A stretch of DNA of 64,000 bases, taken from assembly GCF_004010195.1 (NCBI RefSeq), contig NC_057719.1:80178709-80242708 (forward strand). The letters run 5' to 3'. The position numbers and the translations under genes were made by a program. This document shows positions 13,273 to 26,914 of the stretch, piece after piece. The notes under the pieces were generated by a model, which had not been told where the DNA came from, did not search any database, and saw only the letters and a list, made by a program, of their open reading frames with translations. Numbering within the stretch: position 1 is the first letter of the stretch; each line of letters opens with the position of its first letter. Source of the stretch: Chiloscyllium plagiosum (lineage: Eukaryota).

Positions 13273-13279
13273 AACTTGA

Positions 13280-13520
13280 ATTAGAATTAGAATCCCTACA
13301 GTGTGGAAACAGGCCCTTCAGCCCAACAAGTCACCCAGACCAATTCCCCAACTCTATATTTACCCCTGATTAATAGCCTACACTATGGGCAATTTAGCAT
13401 AGCCAATTCACCTAACCTGCAGATCTTTGGATTGTGGGAGGAAACCCACGCAGATGCGGGGAGAATGCGCAAGCTTCACACAGTCACCCGAAGCCAGAAT
13501 CGAACCTGGGTCCCTGGCAT
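13280..13520 (-). mobile_element. HE1-like SINE fragment (tail-to-tail with the previous copy)
   Basis: cagtgtggaaacaggcccttcagcccaacaag...gaaacccacgcag. Confidence 0.8.
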
Positions 13521-13930
13521 TTCTACATCCACAAACATCCACTCCCTCCACCACCGACGGTCAGTGGCAGCACCGTGTACTATCTATGAAATACATGGCA
13601 GAAATTCACCAGAGATCCTCAGACCACACGTTCCAAACCCCCAAGTACTTCCATCCAGAAGGACGAGGGCAGCAGATACATGGGAACACCACCCCCTGCA
13701 AGTTCCCCTCCAAGCCATTCACCATCCTGATTTGGAAATATGTCATTGTTCCTTCACTTTTGCAAGGTAAAAATTCTAGAATTCCCTCCCTAATGGCATT
13801 CTGGGCCCACCCACAGTAGATGGACTGCAGCGGTTCAAGAAGGCAGCACACCACCACCTTCTTAGGGGCAACTAGGGATGGGCAATAAATACTGGTCAGC
13901 CAGCAATGCCTACATCCCAAAAATGAATAA
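13520..13930 (+). mobile_element. LINE family B 3' end
   Basis: HSLHHRRSVAA...PSRRTRAAD; tail ttcaagaaggcagc...gggatgggcaataa. Confidence 0.75.
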
Positions 13931-14599
13931 AAGAAGTTTAGTTTGGGAAATTTAGTCAGCATGGATGAGTTTGACCGAAGGGTCTGTTTCCATGTTGTAT
14001 GAATCTATGACTCTAATCCCTCATTAATACAATGCAAAATTTTATAATAGCTTTCATCCTGAGGTCTCCATATCTTTTGGTAATATAACACTCAGTTCTT
14101 CTGTTTACTGTGTGAGGACAGGCTCCACCCATGCTTTTCCTGTTTCTACAACCCAAAATATACTCAGTGCATTGGTACAGACATCCTATCCACAAGGGGG
14201 CAACTTCACCCTACACTCTAAACATCTCTACCAGCAGGTAGGACCTCATACAAGTAAAAATGTTGCTGCAATGTCAACAATTCTAATTGCGGCCAATTAA
14301 AATCCATTGAAGAGTTTCTTTCCTCTCTATACAGATTTCAAAATATCACCTTCACTCTTTAAAACTGAAAGTAAATCTCTCTCTACTCTTTTAAACGGAA
14401 ACTAAAGCTCTCTTGAAACTGTATCCATTAAATTCTCCCAGGATAGGGTCAGCACAGAGTCATGTACTGAGTAAAGCTACCTCTACTCTTTTTTTCAGAA
14501 AGTCAAAAAATAGGGGGCACTGAATCAAAAAACACACAGATTAACACGAACGGAATTTTACATAATGGAACAGAAACTTACTGAATTAAAATAACATTG

Positions 14600-14960
14600 T
14601 CCTGGCTGATGATTCAGCCCAGCCCCTGCAGTATCAGCAATCCCTACAGATGAGTACTGAATGCTCTCTGTCTTGGGACACCAAGTGCAAATGTAACTGC
14701 GAAAGAGGAGAAGGTAGTCAAGAACAATGAGTCCTTGCACAGCCCTCTGTCTGGACCTGTCAACACCACCTTGGCCAGGCTTAGGAGCAGACCCACGAGA
14801 AGGCCATCTGACTTGCCCAACCTTCCCCACCCCTCACTGATCAGGAGCAATATTATTCCTGAATTAGGTTTCAACAAGCATGAACATTTACCTTGCTGAA
14901 TGAAGGGCATATTGAATCCAAAGTGTGTCCTGTCAAACACTCAGGACATGCCATAGGTGA
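14600..14960 (-). mobile_element. Tx1-type LINE ORF2 C-terminal remnant
   Basis: DGLLVGLLLSLAKV motif on the minus strand. Confidence 0.45.
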
Positions 14961-15514
14961 GATATCGAGACACTGTATTCACACTGTCTTGTCAAATAGT
15001 TCCAGTACAGGTGGAGTTAAGTAAAGCCCACTCCATACCGTCATGTTCCAGTAAAGTTCATAGCCAATTGGAGGTTGAATACCAGAACTCCCTCGCTTTC
15101 AAGTTGCTGAGCATTCCGGCTGGTGATTTCACAGCTCTTTCATCATCACTGAGGGAGCAATGTTGGAGGACAATCTCCAACCCTTACAGTATTATGAGTG
15201 TACCTGCAGTATGTGGACTGCATCATACAAGAATGGTGACAGAAGGGCAGCTAGGTTCACTAACACCTCGGAAGTAATCAATGTGTCTCTTGCCATTCCG
15301 GGAAAATAGAAAATTGAAGCACAACAGTTTCTTGAAGAATTCCAAAGTGGTAAATATTCAAGGAGCATCCTGGTCGTCACATGACACAGTAATGGAGTTA
15401 GTGAGAGAAACGAAAATAGAGATGAGTGGCCCATCTCACTGCTGATTGTAGACAATAAAATTATGTCTACGGCCAACACCAACTGGGTCAGACCAGCTCT
15501 GGAGGTGGTAAATC

Positions 15515-17245
15515 ACATAGAACATGGAACATTACAGCAGAGTAATTGTCCTTCAGCCCTTGATGTTGCGCCGACCTGTGAAACCAATCTGAAGCCCATC
15601 TAACCTACACATTCCATTTTCATCCATATGCCTATCCAATGACCATTTAAATGTCCTTAAAGTCAGCAAGTCCAGGCTGTTCCACGCCCCTACTACTCTC
15701 TGAGTAAAGAAACTACCTCTTACAAGTGTCCTATATCAATCATCCCTCAATTTAAAGCTATATTCTCTCATGCTCGCCATCACCATCTGAGGAAAAAGGC
15801 TCTCACTGTATACCCTACCTTACCCACTGATTATCTTATATGTCTCAATTGAGTCACGTCTCAACCTTCTTCTCTCTAACGAAAACAGCCTCAAGTCCCT
15901 CAGCCTTTCCTTGTAAGACCTTCCCTCCATACAGGCAACATCCTAGTAAATCTCCTGTGAACCCTATCCAAAACTTCCATATCCTTCCTATAATGCGGTG
16001 ACCAGAACTGTACGCAATACTCCAAGTGCAGTTGCACTGGAGTTTTGTACAGTTGCAGCATGACCTCATGGCTCTGAAACTCAATCCCTCTACTAATAAA
16101 ACCGAACACACAGTATGCCTTCTTAACAACCCTATCAATCTGGTTGGCAACTTTCAAGGATCTATGCACCTGGAACCGAGATCTCTCTGCTCATCTACAC
16201 TACCAAGAATCTTATCATTAGCCCAGTACTCTTCATTTCTGTTGCTCCTTCCAAAGTGAATCACCTCGTACTTTTCTGCATTAAACTCCCTTTGCCACCT
16301 CTTATCCCAGTTCTGCTATGTCCCTTTGTAAGCTATAACTCTACTAACCTTAGTGTCATCTGCAAATTTACTAACCCATCTTTCTATGTCCTCATCAAGG
16401 TCATTTATAAAAATGAAAAACAGCAGTGGCCCCAAAACAGATCCTTGCAGTACACCACTAGTAACTGAACTCCAGGATGAACACTTCCCATCAACCACCA
16501 TCCTCTGTCTTCTTTCAGCTAGCCAATTTCTAATCCAAACTGCTAAATCACTCTCAATCCCATGCCTCTGTATTTTGTGTAATAGCCTATCGTGGGGAAC
16601 CTTATCAAACGCCTTACTGAAATCCATATAAAGCACATCACCACTTTACCCTCATCCACCTGTTTGTTCACCTTCTCAAAGAACTCAATAAGTTTTGTGA
16701 GGCATGACCTACCCTTCACAAAACCGTGCTGACTATCCCTAATCAACTTATTCCTTTCTAGATGATTATAAATCCTATCTCTTATAACCTTTTCCAACAC
16801 TACCCACAACTGAAGTAAGGCTCATTGGTCTATAATTACCAAGATTATCCCTACTCCCCTTCTTGAACAAGGGGACAACATTTGCTATCTTCCAGTCCTC
16901 TGGAACTATTCTTGTAGACAATGATCACATAAAAATCAAAGCCACAGGCTCAGCAATCTTCTCCCTGGCTTCCCGGAGAATCCTTGGATAAATCCCATCT
17001 GGCCCAGGGGATTTATCTTTTTTCACACTTTCCAGAATTGCTAACACCTCCTCCTTGTGAACCTCAATTCTATCTATTCTAGTAGCTTGTATCTCAGTAT
17101 TCTCCTCAACAACATTGTCTTTTTCCAGTGTGAATACTGATGAAAAGTATTATTTAGTGCTTCCCCATCTCTACACATAATTTCCCACAACTATCCTTGA
17201 TTGGACTTAATCTTCCACTTGTCATTCTTTTATTCCTGATATACC
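15515..17245 (-). mobile_element. CR1 LINE, long RT-containing fragment
   Basis: [76 protein letters not shown]; frameshifted. Confidence 0.92.
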
Positions 17246-17249
17246 TTTG

Positions 17250-18302
17250 ATCACCCTGACCAAATGGTTGCTGTACCAGACAGGCAGATCTCTGAGAGCC
17301 TCGTGCTGCTCAGGGATATGATTGGCTACGTGCAGGATTGGTGGGAAAGGGTGAAGGCCTTTGGCAGGATAGCACCACCTACATGATGGATGCTTACTCT
17401 AAAATGGACTGTGGGGAAGGTGACAACATTTGGACACAACTGCTTTCCACAAACGTCAGCAGTGAAGTCTCAATCATTGGGTGGGAATCAGAAAGCTTTC
17501 TGATCAAATCTAGAGTCAGGCACTGCTGCCCTCTCTCCCCTATCCTGTTCGTGCGTTGTATAGAACCTTTCGCCGAGTCTATTGGGAAGGAAGGATGCAT
17601 ATAATAGATGGTGCTCCCAGGTGTAGCCTCCCTTTGGTGGCACCGTCTTTTGCTCGGGATTTGCCATTGGCGAGCAGACTCATGAGCATCTGCGACCAGC
17701 TCAAAAGAGTGTCAAGAGCCACGGTCAATCAAGGGAAGAGTGAGGCCAGTAACTTTGGGAATTCTTTGTCCCCTTCACTGTCAGATCAGATTACCTGAAA
17801 GTGCTGGGGATATGGTTTAGAGGGACCAGGGCATGAGTAAAAAAAAATGGAAGGAGCAAGTGGCTTTGTAACACAAAAGAAAAACTGGAAATGTGAGAGT
17901 GACACTCTGTCTCCATTCCGCGTAAGAAACTGGTCATCAGTTATGAGGCATTCTCAGTGTTCCTGCACTTCACAAAGGTCTGGCCCATTTCTCTGTGCTT
18001 TACAGACATTGTGGAACAGAAGGAGTGTTGAAATAATAGAGAAAACCTCAAAGTGGAAAACTGGGCAAGGGGAAAGGTTTACTTCTTTTGCACTTCCTGT
18101 ATTTTCAATTTGAAATGTTTTGTTCTCGGAATGCATGCCTCATAGTCAATGTATATTGAAAATATTGAGACAATTTAATTGAGGTGCTTAAAGAGTGGAA
18201 CATGATCTTTGGAATCAAGTTGAAGTTGATTGCAAATTTTGTAACATTCAATTTAAAATATTTTGGAAACAAATTTTATGAATAAAGTATATATTTTTTA
18301 AA
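17250..18302 (+). mobile_element. Tx1/L1-type LINE RT remnant with polyA-signal tail
   Basis: PDQ..VPGRQI, VRHCCPLSPILFVRCIEPFAESI (GVRQGCPLSP-like); tail atgaataaagtatatattttt. Confidence 0.7.
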
Positions 18303-19399
18303 CAATCATGATAGAGGATACACCACCATAGATTATCTACAGAAAACACACTGTTCTTAGATAACAAGAGGGTTTACATAATGATAACACTAAATACAGG
18401 CTTGGTCAGGCATAGTCACTAGGAATTTAGAGAGTTGGTGCAGACACAACTGTTCTCTCTGCAAGCTAGATAGAACTCCTTGTCTCCATCCACACACTGT
18501 AGAATGGGTCACGACAATGTATCAAACATTAACCTCATTATCTTTTATAAACATTTGCCTTTGAATTAATCAATATGAACAGTTACCGTCATCACTCCAG
18601 GGTGGCTATTCCACTCACTTTGAAATAATTCGAATGGAAGGCAAGAAGGGATGAAGTGAGAGGCATCCTGGAACAATGTGCAGAACTTCCAGTTGATTAT
18701 AATATTTGCCAAATCCCCAACCAAAATGGCTACAGAGGTGGTTAACAAAAACGGTTAACTAGTAGCATTACAAGAAACCAAAGGAAATGCTTCTTGGCAT
18801 AATTAGGTGTTCTGGAAGGGGAGAGGTAACTTGGTCAGTGAGGTCAGAGGCTTGGAGGGGGGGGGGGGGGGAATGTCTGGGGCAGAAGATAACCAAAATT
18901 CAAATAACACAACCTGGTTATGCAGTCCCTGTTCTTCATCATTGGCCTCAGACAATTAAGAAAATACATATTAATAAGTAATGACCTCTTCTAGTTCCAG
19001 CCCATTTTCCTGCAGGTTTAACCACCAAACCTCAAGTTAAAATAACAAATCTGGCCCCAGTGTCAGATTGGGTAGGAGACCTGTCAATGGGATTCAAACA
19101 AAGACAAAAGTCAGCTTAGTGTCTCTTTTTTACGGAAACAAAATTGCCAAATTCAAGGTTTCCCATCAGGAATCCATGCTAGCTGTGAAAATCCAGGCCG
19201 TAACCACTGTTTAAAAGACTTTAAAGAGAATGTCACAAAATCACAGAGTTGTTCCTGTGCCTAAGGAGGCCATTCAGCCTATCATCTCTGCACTGTTTTT
19301 CCAAACGAGCAATTCACTTTGTGTCATTCAACTGCCTTCTCTCCATTACTCTGCACATTGTTCCTTTTAAATAACCATAACCACTTCCTCAGTAAAACA

Positions 19400-20130
19400 A
19401 ACAAGGGTAGGAATTATACAATTAAAGGTAGGGACTTGGACAGTCTTGTAGAACAGAGACATAAGGGTTCAAGGACATAATTCTTCAAAATTTGCAACAC
19501 ATGTGGACAAGGTAGCTAAGAAGGTGTTTATCACGCTTGCCTTCACTGCTCAGACCTTTGAGTATAGGAGTTGGGATGTCATGTTGAGGTTGTATGGGAC
19601 ATTGATGAGGCCTCTCCTGGAATACTGTGTCCAGTTCTAGTTTCCCTGTTATAGGAAAGATATCATTAAACTAGAGAAGGTTCAGAAGAGATTTACCTGG
19701 ATGTTGCCACGAATGGAGGGTTTGAGTTATAGGTTCCTGACTGGAACTTTTTACACTCGAGTGTAGGAGGCTGATAGGTGACTTTATAGGGGTTTATAAA
19801 ATCATGAGAGGTATAGATAGGTGAATGGCAGGTGTCTTTTCCCTATGGTCGGGGATTTCAAGGCTAGGAGGCATATTTATAAGGCAAGAAGCGATGACAT
19901 GGATGTAATTCTTTTACACAAAGATTGGTTCATTTGTGGAATGAATTTCCGGAGGAAGTGATCGATGCTGGTACAGTCACAATATTTAAAAGACATTCAG
20001 ATAACTACATAAATCAGAAATATTTGGAGGATTATGGGCCAGGTTCAGGCAGGTGGGATAAATTTAGTTTGGGATTATGGTCAGCATGGACTGGTTGGAT
20101 TGAACGGTCTGTTTCCCTGCTATATTACTC
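19400..20130 (+). mobile_element. CR1 3' fragment
   Basis: Typical CR1 3' sequence (LWNEFPEEVIDAGT). Confidence 0.85.
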
Positions 20131-20379
20131 AAGTACAGCACTGAAGAGACAGCCCTGATTTAGTTCTGAAGCCCTGGAGTATAATTGAACTCAAATGTTA
20201 GTGACTCAGCAGCGAACATGCTACCAAATGAGCCATAGCTGATACTTTATCACAAAAGTGGAAAAGGGAAAGGGACAGTATGAAGTGCTGATCAGTACGA
20301 AAAAGATTTAAGATATTCAATAAGGACTAGCATTTGTTGTTAATAAGGAATACGATTTTGCCAAGATTATTGTGAAACG

Positions 20380-22960
20380 GGAGATATTTAAGGTGTTGAG
20401 TGGGCTTAGAATTAACAAAGAGGTGGTGTTAGAAATGACAAGCTGTACTTAAAGTTGATATGTCACCAGATTGGGTATATTTATGAATACCAAGGGAAGG
20501 AATGGTGTAAATACTGGAACTTTAATTTTCCAATTCAACCACAAGGGTGGTTGTAGAGGGTTCTAGAATTGGAAACTCTGCAAATCCAATTATGAGAAAA
20601 GGGTTAGCTCAGCAACAAATAAACCTCAGTAGTGTGAAAGCTTTTAGAAATGATAATTCAGGACAATTCTGACAGTCTCTGCAAGTAGGGATTCATCAAG
20701 GATTCTATCATTCTGTGAATGGCAGAGTAGATTTGTTGAAGCAAATCATATTTGATGAACTCAATGAAACATTTAAAGAGGTATCAGAAACATTTGAAGA
20801 GAACAAGGTTGATGTGTCGGTGCACATTGACCTCCAAAGGTATTTGATAAGAAGCCACATCACTGGCTTGTCAGCTCAGCAAAAACTGAAGCTTGTAGAA
20901 TAAAAAGGACAATAGTGAACAGATGTAAAGTTGACAGTACAACAGGAAACAGACGGTAATAGTGAATAAAACAAAGAGCCATTGGAGATCCGAAACAAAC
21001 AAAAACAAAGATTGCTGGAGAAACTCAGCAGATCTGGCAGCATCTGTTTGTCTCTCTGTAGGTAATGGTGAATTGACTGGAGTGAGGGTTAGCGTTAGAT
21101 TGTTCATGGGGTCTGTTTTTGGACCATCGCTTTTCTTAATTTATATTAATGATGGAAACCTGGCTTTTAGGGCAGATTTTCAAAATTTGTGTAAGACTCA
21201 AAACTCAGAATTGTGAGGAGTACAGTGGTAGACTTCAAATGAGCATAGTCAGGCTGGTGGAATGTGTTGGCATGTGGCAGATGGAATTTAATGCAGAAAA
21301 ATATGAAGTGATGCATTTTGGAGGAGAACAAATGATAAGCTACGTAAATGAAAGGGTATACTTTTAAAGGAAACAAAGGAGTCTGAGGATTATGTGCACA
21401 GACTGTTGAAATGAATTAGAATTATTGTCACATGTATACACAAAATACAGAAGAGTATTTTCTTGAATGCAGAATGTCATCCTTTTTCGACACCATCTTG
21501 ACAACACTGAATATAATGCAAAATTTGACTGCAATAGAGTTCATCTTGCCCTCTTCTTCTTCCGCTATGCCTCCATTTGCTGTTTGAGATTGGCTGAGGT
21601 GTCTGTAATAGTTACGGTAGGTTGGGAAAGTGGTTAAAAATGTAACTGGGGTCCTGGGCTTTATAACTAGAGGCACATAGTGCAAAAACTAGGAAGTTAT
21701 GATGGACATTGAAAAAAGAACATAGATCAAATCGCAAATGGTGTATTGCCTCAAATTCTGGGCACCCCATTTTAGGAATGACATGAAGTTGTGAATTGTG
21801 CACAAGAAAATGTACAAGAATGGTTCCATTGAGGAGGGATATTAGTTACGTGGATAGATTAAGACCATAAGAAATTGGAAAAGGAGTATGCCATTTGGCT
21901 CAGCGAGCCTGCTCCATCATTCAATAGGATCATGGCTATCCACTATTCCTCAAGTCCACTTTCTTCCATTTTCCCCATAACATTCGATTCCCCTTGATCA
22001 AGAATCTATCTCAACCTTAAATGTCTCACGGCTCTCTCTGGCAAAGAGTTCCGAAGACTCTCAACCTTCTCAGAGAAGAAATTCCTCTTCATCTCAGTCT
22101 TAAATTGGCACCTCTTCATTCTGAGACTATGTCCTCTTGTCCTAGACTCTACCATGAGGGGAAACATCCTCTCACCATTTACTCTTAAGAACCCTATTTG
22201 TTCCAATGAGATCACTGCTCATTCTTTTAAATACCAGCCAGTACAGTCCCAACGTGTTTAGCCTTTACTCATAGGACAACGTCCCCATCATCCTAGTGAA
22301 TATTCTCTGAACTGCCTTCAAATAAATGATGCCTTTCCTTAAATAAGGGGATCAAAATTGCTCACTGTACTCCTGATGTGGTCTCACTAGCACCTTGTAC
22401 AGTTGTAGTAAGACTTCCTTACTCCTATACTCTAAACCCCTTGAAATAAGGGTTAAAAAGTGTGGTGTTGGAAAAGTACAGCCGGTCAGGCAGCATCCAA
22501 GGAGCAGAAGAGTTGACATTTAGATGGACAGGTATAAGGACCAACATTCCACTGACCTTCCTGATTACCTGCTCTACCTGTCTGCAATTGGAAGAACTGG
22601 GATTGTTCACCCTCAAGATGGTTGAGGTGTGAAGAGAATGGACAGGAGCTGTTGCCATTGGAGCAACGGTCAATAATCAAAGGACACAGAGTTAAGGCGA
22701 ATGGCAGAAATAAAAGCAACATAAAGAATAGTGTATTATTTACAGTGTGCTATGATGATTTAGAATGTGCTGCTTGAGACTGTGGTGGAGGCAGATTCAG
22801 TGATGGTTTTCAAAAGGGGATTGGATAAACAGCTGAAGATTCCCAGGCAACAGGGAAAAAGGTTGGGCTGTGGGACAAACTGAACTGTTCTTGCAGAAAA
22901 CCGGCACATGGCCAGTGAGCTGAATGGCATCCTTCAGAGTTGCAATCCTTTTATGATTCT
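20380..22960. mobile_element. Old CR1 remnants (+) with a nested minus-strand CR1 (about 21865-22580)
   Basis: GSVFGPSLFLIYIND, WQMEFNAEKYEVMHFG; ESRTRGHSLR on minus. Confidence 0.65.
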
Positions 22961-22987
22961 ATAATTGTGCTTTTTTTTGTTCCATTT

Positions 22988-23925
22988 CAGGACTTATACA
23001 TTTAATGGCAAGGTCCTGGAGAGTGTTGCCAAGCAAAGAGACCTTGGAGTACAGGTTCATAGCTCCTTGAAAGTGGAGTCCCAGTTAGACAGGAAGGCGG
23101 CGTTCGGTATGTTTGCCTTTATTGGTCAGTGTGTTGAATATAGGAGTTGGGAGGTCATGTTGTGGCTGTACAGGACATTGGTCAGGCCACTTTTGGAATA
23201 TTTTGTTCAATTCTGGTTTTCCTGATATTGGAAGGATGTTGTTAAACTAGAAAGGGTTCAGAAAAGATTTACAAGGAAGTTGCCAGGGTTGGAGGGTTTC
23301 GGAATGCTTTGGGTCAACCTGACATTGAGGAAAATGATATACAAATCCAAATGCTTTGTTTGTTAACCTTGTGCTTATTTGCTGTGTCTGATTCTGAAGG
23401 ACATTACTGCTATAGAAAAGATGTTGCGAACTTGAAAGAGTTCAGAAAAGATTTACAAGGATATTGTCAGGGTTGGAGAGTTTGAGCTACAGGAAGAGGC
23501 TGGTATAGGCTGGGGTTGTTTTCTCTGGAGTGTCAGATGCTGAGGGGGTGACCTTATAGAGGTTTATAAAATCATGAGGGGGGTGGATAGGGTGAATAAA
23601 CAAGGTCTTTTCCCCAAGGTAGGGGAGTCCAGGACTAGAGGGCATAGGCTTATGGAGAGGGGAAAGATTTATAAAGGACCTAAGGTGCAACTTGTTCATT
23701 TAGAGAATGGTGTGTGTGTGGAATGAGCTGCCAGAGAAAGTGATGGAGGTGAGTACAATTATAACATTTAAAAGGCAATTGGATGACTACATGAACAGGA
23801 AAGGTTTAGGGCAATATGTGCCAAATGCTGGCAAATCAGACTAGATTAATGTAGGACATCCGGTTGGCGTGGACAAGTTGGACGAAAGGGTCTATTTTCA
23901 TGCTGTACATCTCTATAGGATCTAT
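22988..23925 (+). mobile_element. CR1 3' fragment with internal partial duplication
   Basis: RTYTFNGKVL...LYRTLVRPLLEY; aaagatttacaagga segment occurs twice. Confidence 0.85.
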
Positions 23926-24019
23926 AGTGTATTGACTTGTCTTAATTTGTATCAGGCCAGCTAACTTACCCATTCTCACAATAAGGTCGACATTGTACTA
24001 AAGGGTGGCCTCAGTACTC

Positions 24020-24308
24020 TAGATTAGATTCCCTACAGTATGGAAATAGGCAGTTTGGCTCAACAAGTCCATACTGACCCAGATCCATTCCCCTACCGTA
24101 TACTTACCCCTGACTAATGCACCGAACACTACAGGCAATTTAGCATGACCAATTCACCTGACCTACACATCTTTGGATTGTGGGAGGAGACCCACACAGA
24201 CTCAGGGAGAATGTGCAAACTACATACAGACAGTCACCCAAGTCAGGAATCAAACCTAGGTCGCTGGTGCTGTGAGGCAGCAGTGCTAACCACTGAGCCA
24301 CCGTGCCA
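24020..24308 (-). mobile_element. HE1-like SINE
   Basis: ...gctgtgaggcagcagtgctaaccactgagccaccgtgcc. Confidence 0.85.
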
Positions 24309-24899
24309 CCTCAGGTTGGAAGAAGTCAAGAATAAGATTGCCATGTTTGCGCACTCTGATTTTGTCCTATGGTGCGAGGTGAGGATAGGGTCAGACCTGC
24401 AGGCTTTGACAACTACGATGATGATAATACAACTGTTGACATTTCCTGGAGAATGTTTAAACATACTGAAAGTGACTGGAACTTATTACCAGGGTTTTGG
24501 CCTGAGAGAGAGAGGAGAAAAAGAGAGAAACAAAGAAAGAAATGGAAAGTGTAACATTGCATCTGTCCCCTCTGTTAAGCACTCTGGAAATAATAAAGTT
24601 TAACTTTTCTACTAATTATGGCAAGTCTAGTCCAAAGTGGAAATGTCTTACTATCTTGCACAGCTGCAGATTTCTGCTGCCTCCAAATCCACTTCCAAAA
24701 CATAAGCAACGTGATCTAGTGGCCAGGGCTCCTGGGAGGCAGAATGCTAATCCTTAGTTTTAGTCTGGTTTTGGGATTCAGATCAGTAAGAACCAGGATG
24801 GTACCCAACTACATCAGCTAATTTTCCATGGGGCATTAGCAGGGTACAACACAGAGCCTCAAAGCACCTTGGCTAGTTAGTCAGCAATGCTGACTAGTC

Positions 24900-25232
24900 A
24901 CATTTTTATCCCTGAGTGAAAACAGTCCTAGTTAGAGTTTGATTCCAAAGACATCTAAGCTGCGACGCCTGTGCATTACTGAGAGAGTGCTGCACTGTCA
25001 GAGCTACTGTTTCAGTTGCGACCTCTCGCAGTACATTTGCTGTCTTGATGCCTCAACCGACATCACAAATGATCTGGTCATTTTCACGTTGCTGTTTGTG
25101 AGTTCTTACTATACACCTACTGACTGCTACACCTTCACAAGGTGGTACAATTTCAAAGGACTTTCATTCATTAAAGCACATTGGTACATATTGACAGTCA
25201 TGAAAGTTGCTGTAAAGATGCAAGTCTTTCTT
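24900..25232 (+). mobile_element. DeuSINE/SacSINE1-like copy
   Basis: gagtgctgcactgtcagag...atctggtcattttcacgttgctgtttgtgag...gatgcaagtctttctt. Confidence 0.65.
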
Positions 25233-26524
25233 GTTCCAACACTAGGAACTTGAGGCAATATAAGTGTAGATACTACAAAGTCATTTGTAAAGATCATATT
25301 TTCAGTAGGATAAAGAACCTGAGATCATGAACTGGCACTAAAACAAGAAAATACCTACAGGCTGCAATGACCCTGAGCCAAAAATAGATCAATGTCAAAT
25401 CAAGGAGAGCACAGTGTAGAATTTATTGGTGGATTTTTTTCTATTCTGATACTCTGCTGACATTATTCATATTAATTTGGATGATGCTGACCCATCTCTC
25501 ACCCTGTTTAGGAGTACTTTATAATGACCAACAATTCTGAGCTTTAAGGCAGATAAATCTCATTGATAGAGAGCCACAAGGTTACATACAATCCATGCAA
25601 TACTGAGGGTTGCTGCACTGTCGGAGGTGCCATCTCTCAGTCAAAATATTAAAGTGAGTCTTCCCTGGACATGAATAATCACAATTTCCAAGCTAACACT
25701 TGCCTTCAATTTTGATGAAATGTCTTCAGCCTGGAGTGACATTCAGCTAGAAATCGATCTGCAGTTGCCTGGGGACAGCTCATTCAGCTACCAGCAGACT
25801 GCTGGGCGTCTTTATCTCAGTTTCAGTAAACACAGTTATGGCATTGGGAGTTGGGAGGAGGGGAGAGGAGAAGCAACAACTGTCGTTGTGTATTATGACC
25901 TGATAATTGAGGTAGGGGCATGCCATTCCCTTTCTACAATGTCTGTAGAAAGGTGATTACAAATGTTTATCTCCCGTCTCTATGCCACTCACCAATGTAC
26001 ATTGTCTCGCAGACAAGCAATTTTCCCATTTAAAATTACGATGTGTTCAATTCCCGCCATAATCTCAGCTCTATCTCTGTAACGCTCTGCTCTCCTATGT
26101 ACCTCCAATAACACTTAAATTCTAGCAATAGTGCTCTCTTGTGAACCTCCCCATCCTTTTCCCTGCCATTGTCAGATGCCTGATCAGGAAACTGTGGAAT
26201 TCCACTCCATACCTCTCTATTTACTTTGTGCTCCCTTAGTGTGCTCTTTAACAGTGTTTAGACACCTATCCTCTTTGCTCCTGAAGTAACTATCAAGTTC
26301 AGCCTGAGAATTTTGCTATGAAGTGCCTTGGGGAGTTACAACAGCAGTAGGGGAGTCAAGATCATGGTGGAGAAGACCGTGGAGCAGAAGGACGGAATGA
26401 AACAAAGAACTACGGATGCCGAAGATCTGAAACAAAACAGAAAGTACTGGAGAAACTCAGCAGGTCTGGCAGTATCTGTGGAGAGAGAGAAAATAGAGTT
26501 AACATTTTGAGTCCATTTTAAAAA

Positions 26525-26875
26525 ATTCATTCTCAGGATGTGGACATCACTGGCTAGGTCAGCATTTATTATTCATCCCTGATTGTCCTGAGGGCAGCTA
26601 AGAGTCAACCACATTGCTGTGGGTCTGGAGTCACTTGTAGGCCAGACCAGTTAAGGCTGGTAGTTTCCTTCCCTAAGGGACATTAGAGATTCAGATGGGT
26701 TTTTCTGACAATCGACAATGGATTCATGGCCACCATTAGATTCTTAATTCAAAATATTTGTTGAATTCAAATTCCACTATCTGCCGTGGCGGGATTCAAA
26801 TCCATATTCCCAGAAGGTTATCTGGGTCTATAGATTAACTGTCCAATGATAATACCATCGGGCCATTGCCTCCCC
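26525..26875 (-). mobile_element. tRNA-derived SINE family B (shares tail with LINE-B)
   Basis: Reverse complement of the copies at 41070 and 53510. Confidence 0.75.
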
Positions 26876-26914
26876 TCTTGTAGGACTCTTCTTCACATGG
26901 AGGTGGCAGCTGAA

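Larger units (their letters stand above)
12270..14012 (+). mobile_element. CR1 3' end carrying nested PLE fragment, two HE1 SINEs and LINE-B tail
   Basis: YRKDIIKLERLQKRFTRMLPG; CR1 terminal sequence resumes at about 13935. Confidence 0.8.

Noticed and set aside
15515..17245. CR1 RT as a functional or domesticated gene
   Set aside because: Multiple frameshifts and stops, 5' truncated
18856..18870. Poly-G runs (also 58084-58096) as G-quadruplex elements
   Set aside because: Isolated homopolymers, one within a SINE; no supporting context
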